Source: Spirochaetaceae bacterium (GTDB lineage: Bacteria > Spirochaetota > Spirochaetia > DSM-2461). From it: a stretch of 64,000 bases of DNA. The first letter of the stretch is position 1; each line of letters begins with the position of its first letter. This document shows, piece after piece, positions 41,205 through 49,453 of this stretch. Position numbers and translations under genes: made by a program. Location of the stretch: the NCBI GenBank assembly GCA_965224705.1, contig OZ245056.1, forward strand, positions 2,752,001-2,816,000, read 5' to 3'. A model generated the notes under the pieces. It made no database searches, had not been told where the DNA came from, and was given only the letters and a program-made list of their open reading frames with translations.

Positions 41205-42788
41205 ATGCTGTTTAAAAAGAATCGCTCTTCTGAACAAGATCCGAATACTATCGAGGTCAGGTTGAAGCCCATTCTGGGAATCTCTCCCAGACATTATGTT
41301 CCCATTGTCTGGCTTGTCATTACTCTGACCCTTATCTTCTTCCTCCTCATACTGCCGGGAATTAAGCAGAACGGGACCATGCTGACGGTGTACAGCGATC
41401 CTCCCGATGCATCAGTCATCGCAGATGGTATCCGGGCAGGCCGGACTTATGAGCCTGTGTTCATCCCCAAAGGAAGCAGGGAAATACGGATTCGACGTCC
41501 GGGGTTTAAGGATGAAGTCATCACCGAAAAAATCTCCGGTCGTCTATTTGCATCCCGGCTTTTCCCAAAACGCAGAGAAATTGTTGCTGTTCTTGAACCG
41601 GAGGAACCATATTCAATTATGAAACGGGGTATGAATGAATTCTCCCGATGGAATGCCACGGGTGCGGATAATAATCGCTATGCCATACCCTCCTCATTCA
41701 CACTGCTTGCCAGGGATTCAACCGTTCCTGGTTCCCATACAGTTGATCTTGCTCCTCTTGTGAAGGCCAGCCTGCCTCTGGTACGGGATGCCCGGCATCT
41801 GGCCGATATCAACAGGGGGCTTCAATTGTTTTCTTCACCGAAATCAGTGACAAATCCATTTCAACTTGCCGCATATATTGGAGAAACAGCCCGAATGCTG
41901 GAAGAATTGTCTCTCATGGCAGGTGTACTGGAATTGACGAACCAGAAACCGGATACAGGAGCAGTGCCTTCCTCACTGGAAACCCGTCAGATCTATCAGG
42001 AACTCCGTCTGTCCAGAGATTTCATCCGCAGAACAGTCAACGGGCAGGGGTTTGTCAGCATACCCTCCCTGAAGGCACCGATTGGTGATGTCGAAATTGT
42101 TGATTCCGGTGAGTATCTACCCCGTTACGGTGCCCATCCAGTGGAGGCATCCGTTGAAAACTTCCAGATTGCCACTAGAGAGGTAAGCATCAATGAATTT
42201 GCAGCCTTTATCCAGGAGGTCCCTGACTGGTCGAAAAAAAACAAAGAAGAATTAATGCATGCCGGGCTTGTTGATGATGATTATCTTGAGTCCTGGACTG
42301 ATCAGATGCCTGTCTCAAGGGGAGGATATCCTGTTACTGAAATTTCCTGGCATGCCGCCATGGCCTACGCTGACTGGCTCACGGAAAAAACATACCCGGA
42401 CGGCAGAAGCAGGTTTCGCCTTCCTCAGGAGGATGAGTGGGAAATTGCCGCTCGGATTAACAACGCCACAGTGGAAGATGCTTCAGAGCTTTCGGAGATT
42501 CTGCTGCCAGCCGACAAAGCGAATGAGGGTGACATTGGCCTTCAGGGAATGGCCGGCAATGTCCGGGAATGGAGCTACAATCCCTTTCGATACAATGAAA
42601 ATCGATTTCGACCGCCATCCGGAGAATCCTCCTACATGGATGTGAAGTCGGATATGATCAGTGAGGAAAGACCTGTTCGAGGTGCGGCCTTTATCGATGA
42701 TGGCCTGCCTTATCCGATATCAGCCCGAGGATCACTTGAAGCCCATCAGACCAGTCCGGTGGTGGGTTTCCGGCTCGTGATTTCTTAA
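41205..42788 (+). CDS. Membrane-anchored PEGA + formylglycine-generating-enzyme (FGE/SUMF1)-like domain protein
   Basis: SDPPDASV (PEGA); YPVTEISW, RLPQEDEWE, MAGNVREW and GFRLV (FGE-sulfatase fold). Confidence 0.85.
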   Translation: MLFKKNRSSEQDPNTIEVRLKPILGISPRHYVPIVWLVITLTLIFFLLILPGIKQNGTMLTVYSDPPDASVIADGIRAGRTYEPVFIPKGSREIRIRRPGFKDEVITEKISGRLFASRLFPKRREIVAVLEPEEPYSIMKRGMNEFSRWNATGADNNRYAIPSSFTLLARDSTVPGSHTVDLAPLVKASLPLVRDARHLADINRGLQLFSSPKSVTNPFQLAAYIGETARMLEELSLMAGVLELTNQKPDTGAVPSSLETRQIYQELRLSRDFIRRTVNGQGFVSIPSLKAPIGDVEIVDSGEYLPRYGAHPVEASVENFQIATREVSINEFAAFIQEVPDWSKKNKEELMHAGLVDDDYLESWTDQMPVSRGGYPVTEISWHAAMAYADWLTEKTYPDGRSRFRLPQEDEWEIAARINNATVEDASELSEILLPADKANEGDIGLQGMAGNVREWSYNPFRYNENRFRPPSGESSYMDVKSDMISEERPVRGAAFIDDGLPYPISARGSLEAHQTSPVVGFRLVIS

Positions 42789-42840
42789 AATCACCCTGAG
42801 TTGACCCGGCTTCCTTTCCTGTGTAATTATATCCATCAGT

Positions 42841-43320
42841 ATGGGCAGCAGTAAAAAAAAGAAGAAAAAAACTCCGGGCTTACTGGCTGAAAACAGAAAG
42901 GCAAGATTCCTCTACACTATTGAAGACAGACTGGAATGCGGAATAGAACTGGTGGGCACTGAAGTCAAATCCATAAAAAAGGCTGATTTCAGTTTTTCTG
43001 ATTCCTATGTAGAAATAGAAAGCGGAGAGCTGTGGATGAGAAACTTTCATGTAACTCCCTACAGCCTCGCCGGAGTTTTCAACCACAGGGCTGAAAGACC
43101 TCGCCGCCTGCTTGCCCATAAGAAAGAAATTATAAAACTGGATCGCCGTGTCACCGAAAAAGGCTGTACACTTATCCCATTAAAATTCTACATCAGCAAG
43201 GGTTATGTCAAGGTAGAAGTGGGTCTATGCCGCGGTAAAAAGATGCACGATAAGAGAAAGACCATTCAGCTTCGGGATAATCAGCGGGATTTAGAAAGAG
43301 AGCATAAATATAAAACTTGA
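42841..43320 (+). CDS. smpB: SsrA-binding protein
   Basis: NRKAR, GIELVGTEVKS, RRLLAHKKEI and GKKMHDKR motifs. Confidence 0.97.
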   Translation: MGSSKKKKKKTPGLLAENRKARFLYTIEDRLECGIELVGTEVKSIKKADFSFSDSYVEIESGELWMRNFHVTPYSLAGVFNHRAERPRRLLAHKKEIIKLDRRVTEKGCTLIPLKFYISKGYVKVEVGLCRGKKMHDKRKTIQLRDNQRDLEREHKYKT

Positions 43321-43346
43321 CAAACACATGTAATTCAATGTATACT
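43317..43346 (+). promoter_or_regulatory. Probable ssrA promoter TTGACA-18-TATACT
   Basis: TTGACA 43317-43322 overlaps the smpB stop; TATACT 43341-43346. Confidence 0.65.
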
Positions 43347-43363
43347 TCCTATCAGCATTCTGG

Positions 43364-43677
43364 GAGTCTTAAAGTCCGACAGGCTCCCAGGAGTCTGTCG
43401 GACTTTGAGACTTCGAGGTGATTTCTGATGATTTTTTTCCGATACAAGGCGGCAAAAGCGGAGCGTAGCTGGGCTACGTGAGCATTTTGACAACGCGGTA
43501 GCAGGGGAGGCGAGTCGTAGACTCGGCTCCCGAAGAGAGCGCTGAGCGATAGCGAAGAAAAGCCGCCATGGAGGGCGGCGAAAGCGAACGAAGGCGGCTC
43601 TCCAGGAGCAAGCAGGAGGCTTGCTCCTGGAGAGAAAGGGCAGAAATCGAGCCGTGAGGCGTAAGTCCGACAGACTC
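43364..43677. mobile_element. GAGTCTGTCGG-ended miniature element (287 bp, 43391-43677) plus a 23-bp collapsed copy (43364-43386)
   Basis: TIRs GAGTCTGTCGGACTT / AAGTCCGACAGACTC; CCAG direct repeats at 43387-43390 and 43678-43681. Confidence 0.85.
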
Positions 43678-43680
43678 CCA

Positions 43681-44109
43681 GGGGGTGCACTGGTTTCGAC
43701 GGGAGGTTTACGTAGGTTATACCGCAGGTGGAGCGCCAACTCCTAAAACTAGCGCACAACTTTAAGTGCCAGAAAAAAAGAAGATGAGATTGTTGTCGAG
43801 TTCGATGACACTCTCGCCCTGGCTGCTTAGAATAGCAGTCACGAATCTCCGTTACGCTGTTCCGAGGAACGGATGCTTCGTCATAAACCGGAACTCACTT
43901 ACATAATTGCCTGAAATTGTGTGAGGAATACTTTCGCCTGTTCATTGAACTCCTTGCTTAAACTTTGCGAACGTTGAGGTAGAAAATCACGGGATAAGGC
44001 TCGGTTGGTTGTCAAATACCATTCCAAGCACGAAAATTAATTTTTGACTAAACCTGTAGAAGTATATCAGACGCCCAACCGGACGGGGGTTCGATTCCCC
44101 CCACCTCCA
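43681..44109 (+). ncRNA. ssrA: tmRNA; tag peptide ARKKEDEIVVEFDDTLALAA* (43768-43830)
   Basis: 5' GGGGGTGCACTGGTTTCGAC; 3' GGACGGGGGTTCGATTCCCCCCACCTCCA with acceptor stem GGGGGTG/CACCTCC; ALAA-stop tag; next to smpB; CCA not encoded. Confidence 0.95.
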
Positions 44110-44114
44110 GGCAT

Positions 44115-44146
44115 AAAAAGGTGAACTGATCTCAGTTCACCTTTCT
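44115..44146 (+). terminator. Intrinsic terminator after ssrA
   Basis: AAAGGTGAACTGA-TC-TCAGTTCACCTTT hairpin. Confidence 0.75.
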
Positions 44147-44445
44147 GGATCTTCAGACTATTGTGTGGATTTCATGGAAGTATTCAACTGTTGACATGGA
44201 AGCTCTTCAATCCTCCTGGCATCCCAGGTGATTTTTCTGTACCGGCCCCTGGAAGTACTGAAAATCATGCGCAAAGACGAGCCAGAAGAAGTAAAAAGAT
44301 CCAGTATCCACCGCTGTGCTGACGTGGTTTCGGTGAAGACCGCCCATAGCAATTGGAGCACTTAACTCTTACCAGAGTCCCCATCTCCTCCATGACTTTC
44401 GCCACAGTAAAAAACGATTCTACCGCTTCTTGTTTTCATCTTTTT

Positions 44446-45608
44446 TTAAGGCGAAGGCTTTCGATTATCGAAAACAACTTTGGAAAAAATCAAGATCATA
44501 AGAATAAAAGTAATAGAAGCAAGCAGAAGAAAAACAAAATTTACACTAAGTGATGATGTAACAAGTAGAAGAATAAATCTCACAAAGTTGGAAAGTAAAG
44601 AATTGAAGGATAATAATGACGATCTGGATTCATCACTTTTTATACAGTCATTTAAAATTGCTGTAAAGAATGGTGCTGCAAAGCCCCAGATGAATCGAAA
44701 AAGACACAATAAAGAAAATGAAACAAATATGTTATTGGAAAAGGAAAGCATGGCAAATGTGCCTGCTAACAGAAAAAGCATAATAATCAGAGTGTTAGTC
44801 TTGCTTGAACAGAGCTTGCTTTTGATAGCAGATGGATAAGCTTTTGAGCTAAAAAAAGCAAAAACAGTTATAAAAAAATAAAGGAATCCATTTTTATCGG
44901 AGGCATATCCTCTTTCATTCAAATAGATCTGAATAACAAAAAAACCTGAAACAACAGCAACATTGAATATTACAGAATGTCCCATCCAATAAAGGAGTTT
45001 TGTATTTGTAAAAACTTCCTTAAAAAACTTTTCAATGACAATCCCTATCCCTGATTCATTCGGAGTATAAATGATTTTTGGGAGGGTTAAAACCCAAATA
45101 AAGGAAATAATATTGATAATTAAAGTTGCATAAAATACATACAATAAGCTTATCTGTGCAACATAAGTGCTTAATACAGAAGCGAGTGCAATACTTAGCC
45201 ATTCTGCTGAAACAGTACTACTTAAAATCTTATTATAATCAAGTTTATTCTCAGAAACAACTTTATATAAATAAGCATCATAACTACCCGAAAATAAACT
45301 CTGGGAAATTGCAAAAATAATTTCTCCAACTAAAAAAAAGTTATACTTACCCTGTAGCATGAAGAGTGTCGAAAGACACAGAAGAAATGATGATAGTATT
45401 ATAGTTTTTTTTCTCCAAATTTATCAGCAAAAAATCCCGCAGGGAGCTCAAAAAGAAAGATGGTCAAGGAGTATACAGCAAATACTTTCATGATAGAAGC
45501 CGGGTTGGAATCAGCATATGATTTTAGGAATAAGGCAATAAAAGGAGTGTAAAGAGTGAACCTGTTGAGAAAACTAAAAATACAAAAAGAATGCGTATTC
45601 ATTTTCAT
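44446..45608 (-). pseudogene. MFS transporter split by a 1-nt frameshift in an A8 run; AT-rich
   Basis: ORF 45399-45608 (ELPAGFFADKFGEKK, motif A) joins 44446-45360 (SGSYDAYLY) if one A is added at 45405-45412. Confidence 0.8.
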
Positions 45609-45651
45609 AAAATTTAACCATTTTAATTGTTTCTGATAAATCAGACAAGAG

Positions 45652-45886
45652 AAAACTGCTTAGAGCTGCCCGTGGGCGCATGGGCGCACCCACATTTTGG
45701 GCAAAACGCCCAAAAATGGAGAAATAGTCTTACTTTAGTCCGGGTTTTTTCGTCTCTATAGCATAAACAGATTGGTCAACATTTATCTTGAACACTCTGC
45801 GCTCTCTGCGTCCTCTGCGGTTAAAAACCTATGAATAAGGCTTTGAAGAACACTCTGGCTAGTGGATTTTAGATGCGATTGCCCTG
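45652..45886. mobile_element. Right-hand 235 bp of the ISAs1-like MITE (second copy, left end missing)
   Basis: Colinear with 13758-13992, about 7 substitutions and no indels by eye; ends TTAGATGCGATTGCCCTG. Confidence 0.85.
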
Positions 45887-45960
45887 GCTCAATCACAGAT
45901 CGCGCTTGCATATTTCCCTCATTTTTCGAACAATGGGAGAATATTCCCTGGAGAAATGCC

Positions 45961-48630
45961 ATGGCAGTAAAGGAAAACAAGACTGTTTCGCTTAAAGACA
46001 AATTATCCCGGCTCACTTACAAACAGGTGTGCAGGCTCCTTGGTTCAAATGCAGACAAGCTGCTCGCCAGGGGTGGTCAATTCGACATCAACATCCAGGA
46101 TCATGTCGTTCTGACCAATACTCAATTTCAATTGCGGCTGCCCGATGCGCTGGCAGCCATTCGCTTGAGTGATACAGGAAAACAGCGATTGCTGTTTGAA
46201 TGCGATAAATGTGGGGATCCTGTGTGCGTCCATACAGGCGCCGCGTTTTCGCTTCTTCTGGAGGAAAAAATTGCGCTGGGCTTGTCAATGGAACGTCCGC
46301 AGAAAAAACCGATTGGGGCTATGACCGACGAAGAAGTTGTGGCCATGGCCATGGCTGACCGCAAGCTGCGGGCCGAACAGGAAAACATGGAAATACAGTC
46401 GAGTGACAATAGCCGCATCTGGACCAATTACCTGGTAACTAACCGTTCCACCGGACGCTCCTACCGGGTTGCCCTGCGCGGGTGGAAACCGGGAGAATCC
46501 TACTGTTCCTGTCCGGATTTCCGAAAGAATACACTGGGTACGTGCAAGCATATCATCCGTGTTGAACAAGAAGCAGCCAAACAGTTTCCGGCTGAAGTCA
46601 GAGATAAGCCCTACCAGCGCAACGGCTTTGCGGTTCATCTGCGCTACGGAGAAAATCTGGAACTCCGATTCCTGGCTCCGGACGGACTTGCCGGACAGGA
46701 AGCCGACATCGCAGGCCAATTGGAGAAAGACCTTTCGGCAGACGTGCACAGACTGCTTCGCTGTGTACAGCAGCTTGAAGCTATGGGACATTCGGTCAAC
46801 ATCTATCCCGATGCCGAAGAATACATGGAAACCGCGCTGTTCAAGGAACACATCAACCGTATAATACTGGAAATCCGGAAGGACCCGGCATCCCATACGC
46901 TTCGCAAAACCCTGCTCAATGTCGAGTTACTGCCCTATCAGATGGACGGCATTGCCTTTGCCGCCGGCGCGGGAAGAGCCATTTTGGCTGACGACATGGG
47001 ACTGGGCAAAACCATACAGGGCATTGGAGTGGCGGAGCTGCTGGCCAGGGAAGGCGTGGTTTCCAAAGCGCTGGTCATCTGTCCGGCATCACTTAAATCG
47101 CAATGGTGTAACGAAATAAAACAGTTTTGCCAGCGGAGCGTCTCGGTCGTGCTTGGCACTGCCGCTGAACGTGCCGCCATGTACAATTCCGACACATTCT
47201 TTACCGTCTGCAACTATGAACAGGTGCTTCGCGACATTTCATCCATTGAACTTGTCAAATGGGATCTTGTCATCCTGGACGAAGGTCAGCGCATCAAGAA
47301 CTGGGAAGCCAAAACCACCCAGACCATAAAAAGCCTGGCATCGACATTTGCCCTGGTGCTTACCGGAACACCCCTGGAAAACCGGCTGGATGATCTTTTC
47401 TCCATCGTGGAATTCATTGATGATCGCCGACTTGGACCGGCATTCCGGTTTTTCAACCGCCACCGGATAGTCAGTGAAAAGGGACGAATCGAAGGTTATC
47501 GCGATCTGTCGGATTTACGGGAAAAACTGAAGCCTGTCATGCTCAGACGCACTCGGGCAAGCGTCATGCAGGAACTCCCGCCGCGCACCACGGAAATTGT
47601 CCGCATTGAACCCACCGAAGAACAGTGCGAATTGGATTGGAATTACAAAAAGCGCATAAGCAGGATAGTCAGGAAGCCGTATCTGACGGAAATGGATCTT
47701 TTGCGGCTGCAAAAATACCTTCTCGCGGCACGCATGGCGGCTGACAGCACATTTCTCGTAGACAAGCAGCCGCCCGGATTTTCAAGCAAACTGGAGCAGA
47801 TGGATATGCTTTTGGGAAGAATTGCAGCCGAAGAAGCCCGGAAAACCATCATTTTTTCCGAGTGGACAACCATGCTCAATCTTATTGAACCGCTTCTTGA
47901 AAAACACGAACTAAGATACGTCCGACTGGATGGATCGGTACCCCAGAAGCAGCGTCAGGGACTAATCCGCGAGTTTTCAGACAATGCGGACTGCCGTGTC
48001 TTTCTTGCCTCCAACGCCGGATCAACCGGACTCAATTTGCAGGCCGCCGACACCATTATCAATGTGGATCTGCCATGGAATCCCGCCCTGCTTGAACAGC
48101 GCATAGGCCGTGCACACCGGATGGGACAGAAGAATAATGTTCATGTTTTCGTTCTGGTCACCGCCGGAACCATTGAAGAGAACATGCTGGGAACACTATC
48201 GGCCAAGCAGACACTGTTTACAGCCGCCATGGATATGGAATCCGACATGGAAAGGGTTACCCTTGAAAGCGGCGTGGAAGAACTGAAGCGGCGGCTGGAA
48301 TTGCTGCTGGGCACCAGCCCGGATATGCCGATTGACCAAAGCCAGCGGGAACGAGTGAAACAGGAAATCGCAGGCGGGGATCGGCGGGAACGCATAGCCG
48401 CCGCGGGGGGAGAGCTTTTCAATGCCGCATTTACACTGCTGAGCGAGATGATCCCCGAAGTAAAGGAAACAGAGGAAACGCGCAAAATGTCCGAGCAATT
48501 CAAAAACGGACTGCTGAGTTGCATGGAACAAGACGACCAGGGCCGCCCCAGGATAACAATTACCATGCCGGATGCGGCGGCCATTGAAAAACTGTCCAAA
48601 ACCCTATCCCGTCTTTTTGCCTCGTCATAG
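45961..48630 (+). CDS. SWIM zinc-finger SNF2-family helicase/ATPase
   Basis: CSCPDF...CKH SWIM and a second CxxC...CxH; LADDMGLGKT, DEGQRIKN, TGTPLEN, GLNLQ and QRIGRAHRMGQ motifs; ATG 45961 after GGAG. Confidence 0.9.
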   Translation: MAVKENKTVSLKDKLSRLTYKQVCRLLGSNADKLLARGGQFDINIQDHVVLTNTQFQLRLPDALAAIRLSDTGKQRLLFECDKCGDPVCVHTGAAFSLLLEEKIALGLSMERPQKKPIGAMTDEEVVAMAMADRKLRAEQENMEIQSSDNSRIWTNYLVTNRSTGRSYRVALRGWKPGESYCSCPDFRKNTLGTCKHIIRVEQEAAKQFPAEVRDKPYQRNGFAVHLRYGENLELRFLAPDGLAGQEADIAGQLEKDLSADVHRLLRCVQQLEAMGHSVNIYPDAEEYMETALFKEHINRIILEIRKDPASHTLRKTLLNVELLPYQMDGIAFAAGAGRAILADDMGLGKTIQGIGVAELLAREGVVSKALVICPASLKSQWCNEIKQFCQRSVSVVLGTAAERAAMYNSDTFFTVCNYEQVLRDISSIELVKWDLVILDEGQRIKNWEAKTTQTIKSLASTFALVLTGTPLENRLDDLFSIVEFIDDRRLGPAFRFFNRHRIVSEKGRIEGYRDLSDLREKLKPVMLRRTRASVMQELPPRTTEIVRIEPTEEQCELDWNYKKRISRIVRKPYLTEMDLLRLQKYLLAARMAADSTFLVDKQPPGFSSKLEQMDMLLGRIAAEEARKTIIFSEWTTMLNLIEPLLEKHELRYVRLDGSVPQKQRQGLIREFSDNADCRVFLASNAGSTGLNLQAADTIINVDLPWNPALLEQRIGRAHRMGQKNNVHVFVLVTAGTIEENMLGTLSAKQTLFTAAMDMESDMERVTLESGVEELKRRLELLLGTSPDMPIDQSQRERVKQEIAGGDRRERIAAAGGELFNAAFTLLSEMIPEVKETEETRKMSEQFKNGLLSCMEQDDQGRPRITITMPDAAAIEKLSKTLSRLFASS

Positions 48631-48677
48631 AAACTGTGCGAAACCGAAATGGGTGCGGTTTGTAACCCTCTTAATGT

Positions 48678-48937
48678 TTTTTTAACCGCAGAGGGCGCAG
48701 AGAGCGCAGAGTGCGCAGAGTGTTCAGGGTAATTGTTTACCAATCTTTTTATGCCTTATGTCTCTGCGTATCTCCGCGATCTCTGCGGTTTTTACCTTAT
48801 TCATGGTTTTTAACCGCAGAGGGCGCAGAGAGCGCAGAGTGTTCGGGGTAATTGTTTACCAATCTTTTTATTCCTTTATGTCTCTGCGTATCTCCGCGAT
48901 CTCTGCGGTTTTTACCTTATTCATGGTTTTTAACCGC
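48678..48937. repeat. Tandem array of ~120-bp CGCAGAG-triplet inverted-repeat units (2 full units plus the start of a third)
   Basis: TTTTTAACCGCAGAGGGCGCAGAGAGCGCAGAG...CTCTGCGTATCTCCGCGATCTCTGCGGTT repeated; unit 1 has an extra 9-mer. Confidence 0.9.
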
Positions 48938-49297
48938 TTCTTCCCAAGCGGCTCTACGTCAAAGGGTATGATAAGATATTTTAAGTTTTACGACAGTGAA
49001 CGATTTTACCAATCGCATGACTACACCAGATATGATGTACAAATCCTTTTTTTGTATGGGAAAAGACGAAAACGTGGTTGTAAGGAGATACACCTTAGAC
49101 TTTTTGAAAAATTTTCTTGACGAAAGGGCTCACTTCACGAAACGAGTCAGAATCACACTTCTTCCGTGAGGCTTTTCTATACCGCACAGCCTCATCTCTT
49201 GCTAATTCCCATCTGGTTTTCATTGTCAACCTCATAACTCGACCTCTTACCTCAAAGGTCGTTCGAGTAGATTTTAGTTATGAGGCAATTCGAAGGC

Positions 49298-49326
49298 TTG
49301 ACGGAATGGTCTTTCCTGCCGATACT
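49298..49326 (+). promoter_or_regulatory. Candidate promoter TTGACG-17-GATACT for the giant lipoprotein
   Basis: Exact 17-bp spacing; AAGGAGG RBS just before ATG 49454. Confidence 0.45.
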
Positions 49327-49453
49327 GCAACAGGGAATGCTTAGGAGCGATATTTTTCTTCCTGATTGAGACATCTTCTGATGCTTCCCTGGATACATTG
49401 TCGAGAGTTTCTGAATTAGCTCTTGTTCATTATTCGATTAAGGAGGAACCTTT

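Noticed and set aside
43335..43759. Minus-strand ORFs of 134 and 135 aa (also 13645-13872, 48758-49120, 60887-61333)
   Set aside because: They translate repeat elements or tmRNA antisense; identical peptide bits recur only because the DNA repeats do.
44158..44445. Short ORFs between ssrA and the MFS gene
   Set aside because: No recognisable motif in the frames translated; left unassigned.
45862..45960. N-terminal extension MDFRCDC of the SNF2 ORF
   Set aside because: The upstream GTG lies within the MITE end (same peptide starts the ORF at 13968); ATG 45961 has an RBS.
48678..48937. Possible CRISPR array
   Set aside because: Units are ~120 bp with near-identical interiors (no unique spacers), and there are no cas genes in the window.
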